The notes under the pieces were generated by a model. It was given only the letters and a program-made list of their open reading frames with translations. It was not told the origin of the DNA and searched no databases. The position numbers and the translations under genes were made by a program. From Candidatus Cloacimonadales bacterium (GTDB lineage: Bacteria; Cloacimonadota; Cloacimonadia; Cloacimonadales; JAFGVF01), in NCBI GenBank assembly GCA_963667035.1, contig OY762964.1, positions 320,001 through 384,000 of the forward strand: a stretch of 64,000 nt of DNA. Reading direction: 5' to 3'. Shown one piece after another: positions 8,935 to 19,074 of this stretch. Each line of letters begins with the position of its first letter. The stretch's first letter is position 1.

Positions 8935-10437
8935 CTAGCTACGAAGCATAAGCTTAAATCCATAGCCGAGAGATTCTTTAAGTTTCATAGGGAACTTCCA
9001 ACCAAGAACTATGTCTCTTGCTTTCTTTAAGAAGTCAGGAGTAAATACACTACCTGCTGAGCCTTCAATTCCTGCTTCAGTAATGTTACCGTTAACATCA
9101 ACCTCAATAGTAACATTGAGGATACCATAGATGTTTTGGATCTGACGTTCTTTCTCAAAAAGCTGAACAATCTGTTTCTTTCGAATATTCACGAAACGTT
9201 TAATTCTTTCAAAGTTACCTTTTTCCTGAGCACTTAGCTCTTCTTTAGGACCTTCTTCACTAACAACTTTAATGTTCCTAGCTTTGAAACTAGCTATCAT
9301 AGCAACAGCAGTTTTACCACTCAATACTTGAACATTACCTGCTGTAATTGAAGCACCGCCTCCTGCTAATTGTGAAAGGTCAGTTATGGCTGATCCTGCA
9401 CCTTTGAGCTCTGATTGAGTCATTAGAGATGCTGCCCCAACTTGTGAAAGAACAGCTGCGGAGTTATCTAAACCGCCGGCTCCTCCACCAATGCCAGGAC
9501 CTGCACCAGGACCACCACCAGGTTTACCGGGACCTTTGCCTTTACCTTTTCCTGGACCTCGTCCACCACCGCTACCTCCGGCAGCTGCAGCGACAATAGT
9601 CTCAGAAGTAACAGCAAATGCTGGTCCTTTTACTTCAACAAGATCCTTTGTCTCTGATACATCGAAACCTAGAAGAGATTGTGCCATAGCAGCAGCTGCA
9701 GCACTTCTTTCTCCGGCTGACATTTCAGAAATACTTGGACCTTTTTCAGTAACTTCTTCTGTAGGTATTTCTTCATCAGTTTGAGCCTGACCTGTATCTT
9801 GTTCAAGATCTGCAAAACTAGTTCCAATTTGAGATTTAGTGGCAGCTTGAGATTCTCTAATTGCAGCAAGTCTGCTTTCAAGAGTATTCTCAAATACCGG
9901 TGGCCTGTAAGTTCTACTGAATACTGCCATACCGATAAACGAGATTATCATAGCAATAATAATAAAGTTTCTTGTAAATCGTGCTTCTGAAGTTAATTCC
10001 TCAAAACGATGATATTGCTTAATGATTGTCTCCTGCTGTTTTGTATAAGTAGGAGTATAAGGATCACCAAAGCTATAGGTGATTTCATAATCATCATTTA
10101 GTTGTATTGTACCACTTGTTTCCGGTGATAAAACAAATTTGGTACCGTTAAGAAGGTTCTTCTTCTTTAACTCATCCAAAGTCATTTCTTGATTATCACC
10201 TTTAACAATGTTAAGCTTCATATCTTTTGTGAGCATTACATTGAAAGTATTGCTTTGCTTAACAACGAAAAGATGCTTATCAGGAAATTTGGGGTCTATA
10301 ATCTGCCAGAACATTTTGCTATCTTTACCAAGATACATTTTATTCGCAATTAATGACTCCTTATTTCCTATGGATGCGGCATAATTAATCTGTTTACCAC
10401 GGAAGTAAAGGCGCATTCTTAATACTTTTTCACTCAT
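8935..10437 (-). CDS. GltG/AgmX/PglI-like energy transducer (N-terminal cytoplasmic FHA-like domain, single TM, Gly/Pro-rich linker, TonB-C-like domain)
   Basis: KVLRMRLY..GK N-terminus; TM FIIIAMIISFIGMAVF; GGRGPGKGKGKGPGKPGGGPGAGPG linker; C-terminal QIVQLFEKERQ..IYGILNVTIEVDVNGNITEA..WKFP; directly downstream of exbB/exbD/exbD. Confidence 0.7.
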   Translation of the reverse strand: MSEKVLRMRLYFRGKQINYAASIGNKESLIANKMYLGKDSKMFWQIIDPKFPDKHLFVVKQSNTFNVMLTKDMKLNIVKGDNQEMTLDELKKKNLLNGTKFVLSPETSGTIQLNDDYEITYSFGDPYTPTYTKQQETIIKQYHRFEELTSEARFTRNFIIIAMIISFIGMAVFSRTYRPPVFENTLESRLAAIRESQAATKSQIGTSFADLEQDTGQAQTDEEIPTEEVTEKGPSISEMSAGERSAAAAAMAQSLLGFDVSETKDLVEVKGPAFAVTSETIVAAAAGGSGGGRGPGKGKGKGPGKPGGGPGAGPGIGGGAGGLDNSAAVLSQVGAASLMTQSELKGAGSAITDLSQLAGGGASITAGNVQVLSGKTAVAMIASFKARNIKVVSEEGPKEELSAQEKGNFERIKRFVNIRKKQIVQLFEKERQIQNIYGILNVTIEVDVNGNITEAGIEGSAGSVFTPDFLKKARDIVLGWKFPMKLKESLGYGFKLMLRS

Positions 10438-10448
10438 AGTATACTCCT

Positions 10449-11012
10449 CTAAATCTTCGAAGGCATAGTAAGCACACTTGCTCTATTTTCTTCATGTTTT
10501 GAAGCAAAATAAATATTAGAGAACTTTGCTTTAGCTGCAATATAAACCAGTTCAGTAATAATTTGACAAGGTGTTGAATAATCAGCCTGAATAATTAAGA
10601 GGGGAGCAAGATCAGGATTAGAACTTATAAGTGCCTCAACCTCAGTTTCAAGATATGTCTTCAGATTTTCTCTGGTATTCTGATCATTGACAATCTGTTC
10701 TAATGTACCAACAGGAGTATTGTCAGTACCCACATATATATTATCGGGATATACTTTCACAAGTAATGTTCTTGTAGAGCTCTCATCATACTCTTCTTGA
10801 GTCAGAGTTGTAGGGAACTCTAATCCCTTGGGTTGACTTAAGACCTGTGCAGTCATGTTAACATTCTTAATCAGGAAAACAAGTAGGATAGTGAGGATAT
10901 CAACCAGTGAGGTAATGTTCAACTGTTTGACTTTACCTTTGTTATTCTTAGCACGTGCATAACCTTCTTCTTCAAAATCATCTTCAAGTTCAAAGTTTCT
11001 ATTTCTTAACAT
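10449..11012 (-). CDS. ExbD/TolR-family protein, AglS-like
   Basis: LNITSLVDILTILLVFLIK TM with conserved Asp; LIIQADYSTP..II..V..A..A.F..I.F periplasmic domain. Confidence 0.85.
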   Translation of the reverse strand: MLRNRNFELEDDFEEEGYARAKNNKGKVKQLNITSLVDILTILLVFLIKNVNMTAQVLSQPKGLEFPTTLTQEEYDESSTRTLLVKVYPDNIYVGTDNTPVGTLEQIVNDQNTRENLKTYLETEVEALISSNPDLAPLLIIQADYSTPCQIITELVYIAAKAKFSNIYFASKHEENRASVLTMPSKI

Positions 11013-11023
11013 ATGCACCTCTG

Positions 11024-11548
11024 CTATTGCATTTGAACGAGTTTACGACGTTGATAAGCAACATCTGGGAATCTTACTTTTCCGTCTTCAGTAGACATCT
11101 TGCAAATATCAATTATTCTTAGTAAATGCTCATATTTAACATTATCATAAGGAGTAATTTTAATAGTTTGCTGTTCAGGATTCCTTTTCTTAACTCCATC
11201 AAGGTATTTATCCAATTCTACATAATTGAAATCATCTATGAACTTACGTTTCTTATCAAGCTCTTCAATAACTTCAATTCCTCGAGTAAACTTACCGTCT
11301 ACTTCGTCATTATATATGACTAGGTCAACGGCATATACTTTTTCATCTTCACCGCCTCCACCGTCTCCTGAACCTCCTGCATCCGCGCCTGAAAAATTCA
11401 GAGCAAGAAGTGTTACTTGCACGGATACAACCATGAAAAGCAACATCGGAATGATGGTTAAAAAGAGATTCATGATCGGCACAAGGTTTGGCGGATCAGT
11501 TGAGTGGGAAGCTTTATTGCTTCTACTTTGAGACGGTCTATAAGCCAT
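11024..11548 (-). CDS. ExbD/TolR-family protein, AglQ-like (Asn at the conserved Asp position)
   Basis: NLVPIMNLFLTIIPMLLFM TM; IKITPYDNVKYEHLLRIIDIC ExbD-like C-terminus. Confidence 0.85.
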   Translation of the reverse strand: MAYRPSQSRSNKASHSTDPPNLVPIMNLFLTIIPMLLFMVVSVQVTLLALNFSGADAGGSGDGGGGEDEKVYAVDLVIYNDEVDGKFTRGIEVIEELDKKRKFIDDFNYVELDKYLDGVKKRNPEQQTIKITPYDNVKYEHLLRIIDICKMSTEDGKVRFPDVAYQRRKLVQMQ

Positions 11549-11550
11549 TA

Positions 11551-12285
11551 TTATTCCTTAATATTAGCGTTAATCTTATTAATCATTTTAACACTGTATT
11601 CATCAATGTCATTCATGATTTTTTCTGCTCTGTTTCTAAGGGCACCTTGAATCAATGTTGTAGGGATAGCAACGATAAGACCCATACCTGTTGTACCCAT
11701 CGCAGCTTTAATACCACCGGTAAGAGCTTCTTGTTGTTCTGTACCAACTTTACCTTCAAGAGAACTGAAAGCAAGGATAAGACCGTAAATAGTACCAAGA
11801 AGACCGGTAAGAGTAGAAATATTAGCGATGATTTCAAACCAGAAAAGACCGGACTCAATTTTTGGAATCTTCTGTAACGAAGCTTCATCAAATGCTCTTT
11901 GAACTGATCTTTTGAGTTCCATACCTTTTACACCGCTTTTCTGCTGATCAACAAACACTTTCAAACCACTCCAGAAGATAAATCCAAGTGTAGTTTTCTT
12001 GAATGCTTCTGTAATTTTGATAGCTTCATTGTAGTTTTCTGATTTAACATACCCTTGTAACTTCAAGTAGAAATTACGAGTATCAATTTTTTCATCGAGG
12101 AAGAGTTTTTTGAATTTAACAAATCCATAAACTATAGCAATTATAAGATAGCCGAGGATGATATAAGCCCAGAATGATGACTCTTTCCATACTGATGCAA
12201 AATCCAATCCACCGGTTGGAGCTGCAAATAATGATACTCCCATTAATATCAGCAATGCAACTAAAAACAATCTCTTACTTTTCAT
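11551..12285 (-). CDS. MotA/TolQ/ExbB ion-channel protein, AglR-like
   Basis: IANISTLTGLLGTIYGLILAF and GIKAAMGTTGMGLIVAIP TM motifs; signal-peptide-like N-terminal extension. Confidence 0.9.
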   Translation of the reverse strand: MKSKRLFLVALLILMGVSLFAAPTGGLDFASVWKESSFWAYIILGYLIIAIVYGFVKFKKLFLDEKIDTRNFYLKLQGYVKSENYNEAIKITEAFKKTTLGFIFWSGLKVFVDQQKSGVKGMELKRSVQRAFDEASLQKIPKIESGLFWFEIIANISTLTGLLGTIYGLILAFSSLEGKVGTEQQEALTGGIKAAMGTTGMGLIVAIPTTLIQGALRNRAEKIMNDIDEYSVKMINKINANIKE

Positions 12286-12299
12286 GCTTTCTCCTTTTT

Positions 12300-12512
12300 C
12301 TAATATAAATTTCTATTCGACTCTTTTAACTTCATTAGTAGAAACTTATGATACTTGTTATTGTATTCGGTTTTCTTACGGAGAAGGTTTGATTCAATCT
12401 TTGGAGCTTTTCGGATTTCAGCTTCAAATACTTCAGTTTCCGTAAAGGTAACCGATTTCACTAATGAAAAAGCCAAAACTAATAGTAAAACTGAGAGAAT
12501 CTTCTTCTTCAT
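12300..12512 (-). CDS. Small exported protein, GltF/CglF-like
   Basis: Signal peptide MKKKILSVLLLVLAFSLVKS; SD GGAGGAG; start overlaps upstream stop; F.E.EI.K.P...R...F...L.ES pattern and position between the TPR gene and exbB resemble GltF. Confidence 0.55.
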   Translation of the reverse strand: MKKKILSVLLLVLAFSLVKSVTFTETEVFEAEIRKAPKIESNLLRKKTEYNNKYHKFLLMKLKESNRNLY

Positions 12513-15500
12513 TATTCTCCTCCCTTTTTATAAACAAGGTTCATATCAAGAATCAGGGCAGTTTGCTTTTTGCTACTCTCAACCTTAACCACTATCGAGT
12601 TAAGCTCACTATTGAAACCGGCAGGATCAATGTCAACAGGGTTTGAGAAGATTGCATTATTCTCTTCATCAGTAAATGCTTCTATCTCCTCCGATATCAT
12701 TATGCCATTTAACCAGATAGTTGCCTTTTCAACAGCAGCAAATTTCAAACTTGCTTTTATAACTTCTTGGTATCCTATGAAGTCCTTCTTAAAGTATTTC
12801 ACATAAGTTTTTGTTTCTTCGGTAGGAATTTCTTCTATTGCCAGGCTATCAGTTAGAGTTGTATCTGAAACAGCAATCTCAGTAATTTCTTCTCTAACAA
12901 TTGTGCTATCTATCTCTGCTTTTTGCATAACAGTACTAGTAGCATATATCCATCTGGCAGATGTAGACTCCATATCATAAATCTTATCAGTAGGATATAT
13001 CTGTTCGAATGATTCAACGGCAATCCATTCACTATTAGCGGTACTCATAGAATCTGACGGAATATAAATATCTGACATTTTCCATTCACTACCTGATATA
13101 ATCTTATCTTCAGCAGTTGTTCTATGATAATTTAAGGTTTCGCTGTCAAAGGCAACTTGCATATTTAATGCCAATACAGCTGTTGTATCTGAGATATTGT
13201 CTGCTTTAACCTCGAACTTATTAGTTCCTTCTTTTAACATTGAATAATCAATTTTATATAGATAGTGAGGTGTTATCTGATTGTTAATTGTTAAAGAATC
13301 AACAAAAACAGGTAGTTGCTTAACTATCGTATCATTAACCCAGAACTTAATGTTTGCAGTATCAGGATAAGCAAATTGAATATAAGCTTTCGCAGGAAGA
13401 ATCTCTGCACTTGTAGTGCAACTTGCAAAGACACTGTTGTAAGGTCTTATCTCAAAACCACTCAATACTAGATTTCGAGGTGTTACAAATTGGCTAATCT
13501 CATTATAACTTTTTGTTGGTACATAGAGTGAATCAGGTGATTCTAAAAGATTGTTCTCAACAAACCATGATGTATCAGGGGGCATGTCATTAACATCAAG
13601 TTGTGGTACTAAATCTGCAATCTTAGGCATCATCGTTTCAATATTCTTATCTGTATAACCTGTGCCATCAACAAAGAAGTTGTACAAATTGAGGTATCTC
13701 TTTCTTGATTCTTCGCGATATAGCTCTACAAAGCTATCTGTCATTGGTTTCAATTGAAGCTCAATAACATTATCAACTTGGTCTTTTCCTGACGCTTGTT
13801 TAAGATTGTAAATTTCATTAGATTGAGTGAAGTAGAATTCCATTCTGCGATCAACAACTTTTGCTGCATGTTCCCAAATCTCTCCTGATATATATAGCAA
13901 CCTTACTTTTCTAGGAATATCAATATTCCATTCAGCAGCTTCTTGAAGAAGCTTTACCAACTCGCCTTCTTTTTTGGAGGCTAATTGATAAACATATTGA
14001 ATTCTGTTATTATCTTTAGAAACTGTTTGATTAGTTTTATTTAATACATGAGTTCTAAACTTAGTGTTATGATTAACTCTAAAAATATCTTTGTCATTTG
14101 CGTTTAGCCATGAATTTCTAAGGTTAGTAAGACGTTTATCATAGCTAGCAAGAAAATCTGCTCTGTCTTTTAGATATTGCTGATATTCCTGCCATGCTTT
14201 GTATTCCGCAGCATAGTAATCGAACCATTTATTAATCTCAGGCATAATCTCAGTGAGGTTGACGCCTTTCTTGGAATAATAACTTTCAAGTTTTCTTACT
14301 TCATCAATTTTAGCATTCATGCTATCCCAGTCTTCGGACTTAAAGGCAACATCGGCTTCCTTAACAACCTTATCAATCTTCTGAAATGCTATTGCACTAT
14401 ATAAATCGACAGAAGGATCTTTTTCATAGATGTAATGAGCAATCTGTTCATACTTATCCTTATCAGTATCATAGTAGGCTTTTGCTATAAACTTCAAATA
14501 ATCCATAGAACTTGGATCATCAGGATAAATTTTTTCGAATTTACTCATTAACGAAATCAAAGTATCTTGATTCGCTGTTTCATCTTGAAGGTAAATATTG
14601 ATAGCCATTTTATAGATATCTTCTGTTTTATTTTCACCAATGTCTATTTTGCCATTCTTAGCAGTGTTATGTAGTTCTAAATATCCTGCAGCTGCATCAT
14701 ATTTATATGTACCTGAGTTTTCTTTTTCCTTTAACTGATTAAGGATTATAGTAAAAGACTCATTGGATTCAGGGAACTTTGAGACAAATCTATTTTGAAT
14801 AGATATTACTTGTGTTGTATCTGACAAAACAGTATCAGCTATAGCCCAAGCGTTGTAATATAATGAATGAATATCTTTAAGCTCGGTTTTAAACTCAGCA
14901 TTCTCTAATAGTATATCAATAGAATTCTGATAATCTCCACCTTTAAAGAATAGCTGACGTGCCTTATCCCTTAAATCATAAACCCTATCTTTGTCTGTTT
15001 TAGGGTCGAACTTAGATGCTAATCTAAGCTGTTCATTAGCCGCTGTTATATAATCTGCAGTATCAGCTAATCTGTCTACATTCTTGTTAATTTGAGCTAA
15101 GTAGCTTTGTTTAAGCTCTTTCTGGTCTTCTTCATCATTAGCATACTTTTGAGCTTCAGCATAATACCCCTCTGATTGGTTGAACTCAGACTTCTTCTCG
15201 TGTAATTGAGCCAAAAGCACGTAGATATCTCTAGTTCTAACCTTCTCATTCTGATATTTCAATAGTTCATTTAAATCAGCTACAACCATATCGTCATTTT
15301 CAAGCTCTCTATTTATAATACTTCTGTTCCAAAGAATACTCTTTATCACATTGTCTTGTTCAGGAGTATAGAACTCATTGCTTGTTATGACTTCATAAAA
15401 TCTACTTGCCCCGGCAACATATAAGCTATCGAGATAAGACTTTGTAATCTCAATATTGTTAATTTCGTCGAAGTAAGTCGAATCTGCTACTATTGGACTA

Positions 15501-16996
15501 AGCTTGTTATAGGCATAATCGGTTGCTGAAAAAAGCATATATTCTTTTTCATAGCTAACAGTAGTATCTGATGAAGCTGCTTCTTGTGTTAGGATAAGAT
15601 TCTGTGTAAAAAGGTAGTATTCAGTTTGACCAGTATTCTCAGCCAAGTTGAAACCAAAATTTATCATCTTATCACTTTTGTCTGTTAACCAAGCAATGCC
15701 TGCCTCATCTTTAAATTCAGGAATTTCAGCATAGGCATTGATCAAATCAATATAGCGTTTATAGTTTTCGACAGATGCTTGATTAATGAGGTCATTACTA
15801 TAGAATGTTTCAAGTCTTTCAAACTTATTTCTTACGGAGTTGAAATAGCTCATGAATTCATGATTGTTTCTATTAGCATTGTACCAATCAGAGTTATAGC
15901 CATAAGATGAAATAGCGTATAATGATTTCTCCTTAACAACATCTCTATATTCTTTACCATCCCTAATGTAGCTGGCATAAGTTGAATATAAATCCAATAC
16001 TGAATCAATATAAGTAGGATTGCTGATATTTAATGAATCCAAGCTAATACGAGCAAAATAGTAATCGCCTGCTTGCATAGGAGCATTCAAATCGAGTTTA
16101 AGATTAATAACTTCGTCAAAGATGCGTTGATTTATTGAAAGGGTAAAAAGAGATGCATAATTGTTTATAAAGGCATCTGCTGATTTAGCATAATCTAAAT
16201 AATTAGTACTATCTATACCCACCAAAGAGTAAGCAACATTCTCAACCGCAAAATCATGATAATAGAGTTTTGTATAGTCTCTGTCGTCTTTTAAGATTGA
16301 TGCAAAGTCAGTGATAGCATTATCCCAATCGGACATTTGGTAATATGCCCATGCTCTTTGGAATAAAGCATCTGTTTTCATGTTACTAATTTCATCATCA
16401 CGATTAATCAATATCGAAAGAAAAGCTGCTGATTTCTTGTAGTAATTTAAAGGGATTTCAGCATTCGTGGCTATATCTGAGAATATAAGTGCAAGTTTGA
16501 ATATGCTTTCATCATAATAATCCGTATAACTGTACTCTTCAATAACTTTTGCATAAAAGTCCTTGGCTTCGGAAAACACTTCATTTGAGTATTTTAAAGA
16601 GTCTGGCCAAGTAACAAAAGTCGGATTAGCTTCTTCATATAATGGTCTGCCATCATCAATCCTATCTTTTGCCATTTTATAACTGTAATATGCGATATTG
16701 TATAAGATAATCTCTTTGTCATAGAAATTAGGATCCGCCTCAAGTACTTTCTTATACCAATTTAAAGTAATGGAGGGGGTCTCACGGTATAAGCTCGAGC
16801 TTATCTCTGCTAAGTTATAATACAACTTAGGAAGATTAGGACTATTAGGATTATCTAGAATAAACTGTTGTGTTTGTCTATAAATATCCGCTTTATAATT
16901 CTGAACCTCTTCAAATTGATCTTTAAGACTTTTTTGTCCCCACAACCCACTTAATGCAAGTAAAAATAAAATAATAACAACACTACATTTTTTCAT
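12512..16996 (-). CDS. Very large exported TPR-repeat protein (GltD/AgmU-like) with C-terminal beta-sandwich domains
   Basis: Signal peptide; TPR helices (LYYNLAEI, ALFQRAWAYYQMSDWDNAITDFASIL, IYVLLAQLHEK); beta-rich C-terminus. Confidence 0.75.
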   Translation of the reverse strand: MKKCSVVIILFLLALSGLWGQKSLKDQFEEVQNYKADIYRQTQQFILDNPNSPNLPKLYYNLAEISSSLYRETPSITLNWYKKVLEADPNFYDKEIILYNIAYYSYKMAKDRIDDGRPLYEEANPTFVTWPDSLKYSNEVFSEAKDFYAKVIEEYSYTDYYDESIFKLALIFSDIATNAEIPLNYYKKSAAFLSILINRDDEISNMKTDALFQRAWAYYQMSDWDNAITDFASILKDDRDYTKLYYHDFAVENVAYSLVGIDSTNYLDYAKSADAFINNYASLFTLSINQRIFDEVINLKLDLNAPMQAGDYYFARISLDSLNISNPTYIDSVLDLYSTYASYIRDGKEYRDVVKEKSLYAISSYGYNSDWYNANRNNHEFMSYFNSVRNKFERLETFYSNDLINQASVENYKRYIDLINAYAEIPEFKDEAGIAWLTDKSDKMINFGFNLAENTGQTEYYLFTQNLILTQEAASSDTTVSYEKEYMLFSATDYAYNKLSPIVADSTYFDEINNIEITKSYLDSLYVAGASRFYEVITSNEFYTPEQDNVIKSILWNRSIINRELENDDMVVADLNELLKYQNEKVRTRDIYVLLAQLHEKKSEFNQSEGYYAEAQKYANDEEDQKELKQSYLAQINKNVDRLADTADYITAANEQLRLASKFDPKTDKDRVYDLRDKARQLFFKGGDYQNSIDILLENAEFKTELKDIHSLYYNAWAIADTVLSDTTQVISIQNRFVSKFPESNESFTIILNQLKEKENSGTYKYDAAAGYLELHNTAKNGKIDIGENKTEDIYKMAINIYLQDETANQDTLISLMSKFEKIYPDDPSSMDYLKFIAKAYYDTDKDKYEQIAHYIYEKDPSVDLYSAIAFQKIDKVVKEADVAFKSEDWDSMNAKIDEVRKLESYYSKKGVNLTEIMPEINKWFDYYAAEYKAWQEYQQYLKDRADFLASYDKRLTNLRNSWLNANDKDIFRVNHNTKFRTHVLNKTNQTVSKDNNRIQYVYQLASKKEGELVKLLQEAAEWNIDIPRKVRLLYISGEIWEHAAKVVDRRMEFYFTQSNEIYNLKQASGKDQVDNVIELQLKPMTDSFVELYREESRKRYLNLYNFFVDGTGYTDKNIETMMPKIADLVPQLDVNDMPPDTSWFVENNLLESPDSLYVPTKSYNEISQFVTPRNLVLSGFEIRPYNSVFASCTTSAEILPAKAYIQFAYPDTANIKFWVNDTIVKQLPVFVDSLTINNQITPHYLYKIDYSMLKEGTNKFEVKADNISDTTAVLALNMQVAFDSETLNYHRTTAEDKIISGSEWKMSDIYIPSDSMSTANSEWIAVESFEQIYPTDKIYDMESTSARWIYATSTVMQKAEIDSTIVREEITEIAVSDTTLTDSLAIEEIPTEETKTYVKYFKKDFIGYQEVIKASLKFAAVEKATIWLNGIMISEEIEAFTDEENNAIFSNPVDIDPAGFNSELNSIVVKVESSKKQTALILDMNLVYKKGGE

Positions 16997-16998
16997 GC

Positions 16999-19041
16999 CT
17001 ACTTGCCTCCCGGTGATGAGTTACTACTATTATCTCTTGCTTTTATAAAGGCATCATCTTGCTTGACTGTATCAATGTAAAGCAAGTCGATAATAGTATA
17101 ATCAAACTCTGATTTTACTCTATTTATGTCTGACCTAATATTTGCAACTACAGCGGTATGGTCATCAATAACCACATCCTGTTTAACAGCGTCCTTTTCA
17201 GTTCTTCTTAACAAGATTGCAGCTAAACGCTCATTAAAGCTTTCAGCAACGAATTTACGAATTTCGAGAAGGTCCTGTCTATCCTCTAAGAGGCTGTTTA
17301 GCTCAGTTTCAAGTTCATTAGCTGTTTCTTTGTTAATCCAGTAATCACTGTAACGTAATTCCATTTCATTTTCAAGATTAGCAATGCTCTTGTGCAAATC
17401 CAAAATATATTGGTCAATAGATTCAATCTTAGCTTGATTATCTTTAGTTCTAATAAGGTCTTTAACATTTCCCCACATTTGAATCATTTTCTTAGATTCA
17501 TATATTTCACTTGCTACTGACAAAGCAATGTTGAGATCATTTTGAGATACAGTTTCCATATCCAAAAGGAATCTCTTAGCCAAAGCAAGAACGTACAGTT
17601 GATCTGTATATAAAATGACATCGTCAACCATAGATACTCTGCTGTCATTAGGTTGTTCACCAAGAACATGCAAATGCAACACTTCTTCAACTATACTATT
17701 TACTGAGTCAATATAATCATTTTCCATTGTCCAAAGTTCACGAAGCTTTTCCTCGTCTGCACCTGATGCTGTTGTGAGCATCTTTTCTGAAGCTAGAGAT
17801 ATCTTATCTTCTGCACTTTGGATTTTTGTTATTAAATCAAGTTTTTCTTCTTTTGACTCTGCATCGAAAAGTTGCATTTTTAAGTTTTGCAGCTCTTCCA
17901 CTTTCTTATGTTTAGCAATAAGAATATCTAGATATAGATTGGCGAAATCCATTGCTGAATCAACAATCTCTTTTTGCTCACTAAGTGATTTATCCTTATA
18001 ATCCATAGTTGCAAGGAGGTAAACACATGCAGTATAATATTCATTATTAAATGGGTTAGCCTGAATATCTTCCAGTAACGCTTTAGCCATTTCCAAATCA
18101 CCGTTATTCATATTCATTACAGCGATTTCGAATTTAACTTCAGCAGTCATCTTGCCTGTTACACTAACTATAGAGTTGTATTGAGAATAGTACTTAGTTG
18201 CACTCTCAATATCACCTCTTTGAGCTTGGATACGGGCAATACTCAATGGTATATATTCATAATAAGGAGTATTTACCGGGTATGCTTGCATAAGGAGTAA
18301 AAATGACTCTAAACCTGCTTCAAGTGGCTCTGTAAATGATGAAATCAAGGCGATCATAAACTGTGACCTAAAGCCAAAAGTCTGATCTTCTGTTAAGGTT
18401 TCAAATACATTAACTGCATCTATGTACTTATTCTCATTGTATAAAGTTTGCCCATACCAATAATCTTGTGAACTAGATTTATCCCAGACATATTCCTCGT
18501 ATGATTTGAGGAATTTCTCATTCTGCCCACTCTTAATATAAATATTCTGCAAAGTATAATTTGCAGATTTATATTTAGAAGATGCAGGATACTTATTTAT
18601 CAGATTCTCAAGTTTGGTTTGAGCTCTAGAATAGTCTTTTTTCTGGAAATCAATCAGGGCTCCATAGAAAAGGAATTCATCGTTGACAGCACTTGTACTC
18701 TTGTAAGCAAGCTTTAAATCTTCAAGTAGCAAAATTGTCTTAGACAAATCCTTCTCAACCAAGCTGCTTTTCAAAGTAGACTCATCTTCTTTGAAAAGCT
18801 CTTTTATCTGGTCATAAAGCCCTTGTTTCTCTAGGTTCTTAACTTGACGTTTTCTTAAGGCTACGGTTCTTAATTGATCTATCTGATCTTCCAAATCAAC
18901 TACATCACTAAGTTCGTCCTTAATAATCTGAACCCTATCAGACTGTTCTAAACCGTTCCACTGGTTCTCACTAATCTCAGCATACGCTAAAACGCTCAGG
19001 TACAATGAAATCAATAAGAAAAGATATGATATCTTTCTCAT
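16999..19041 (-). CDS. Exported TPR / coiled-coil protein
   Basis: Signal peptide; TPR motifs (FLFYGALIDFQKKDYSRAQTKLENLINKYPAS, YWYGQTLYNENKYIDAVNVF); long coiled-coil C-terminal half. Confidence 0.75.
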   Translation of the reverse strand: MRKISYLFLLISLYLSVLAYAEISENQWNGLEQSDRVQIIKDELSDVVDLEDQIDQLRTVALRKRQVKNLEKQGLYDQIKELFKEDESTLKSSLVEKDLSKTILLLEDLKLAYKSTSAVNDEFLFYGALIDFQKKDYSRAQTKLENLINKYPASSKYKSANYTLQNIYIKSGQNEKFLKSYEEYVWDKSSSQDYWYGQTLYNENKYIDAVNVFETLTEDQTFGFRSQFMIALISSFTEPLEAGLESFLLLMQAYPVNTPYYEYIPLSIARIQAQRGDIESATKYYSQYNSIVSVTGKMTAEVKFEIAVMNMNNGDLEMAKALLEDIQANPFNNEYYTACVYLLATMDYKDKSLSEQKEIVDSAMDFANLYLDILIAKHKKVEELQNLKMQLFDAESKEEKLDLITKIQSAEDKISLASEKMLTTASGADEEKLRELWTMENDYIDSVNSIVEEVLHLHVLGEQPNDSRVSMVDDVILYTDQLYVLALAKRFLLDMETVSQNDLNIALSVASEIYESKKMIQMWGNVKDLIRTKDNQAKIESIDQYILDLHKSIANLENEMELRYSDYWINKETANELETELNSLLEDRQDLLEIRKFVAESFNERLAAILLRRTEKDAVKQDVVIDDHTAVVANIRSDINRVKSEFDYTIIDLLYIDTVKQDDAFIKARDNSSNSSPGGK

Positions 19042-19074
19042 TACTTCCTACTTAAAAAGTTGAGAGTGGTTAAT

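Noticed and set aside
9470..9600. GC-rich patch and antisense ORF 9491-9784 as foreign DNA or a separate gene
   Set aside because: Explained by the Gly/Pro/Ala low-complexity linker of the GltG-like protein.
10449..12285. Flagellar MotAB stator or canonical Tol-Pal
   Set aside because: Partners have ExbD/TolR-type rather than OmpA-like domains; no flagellar genes, tolB or pal nearby.
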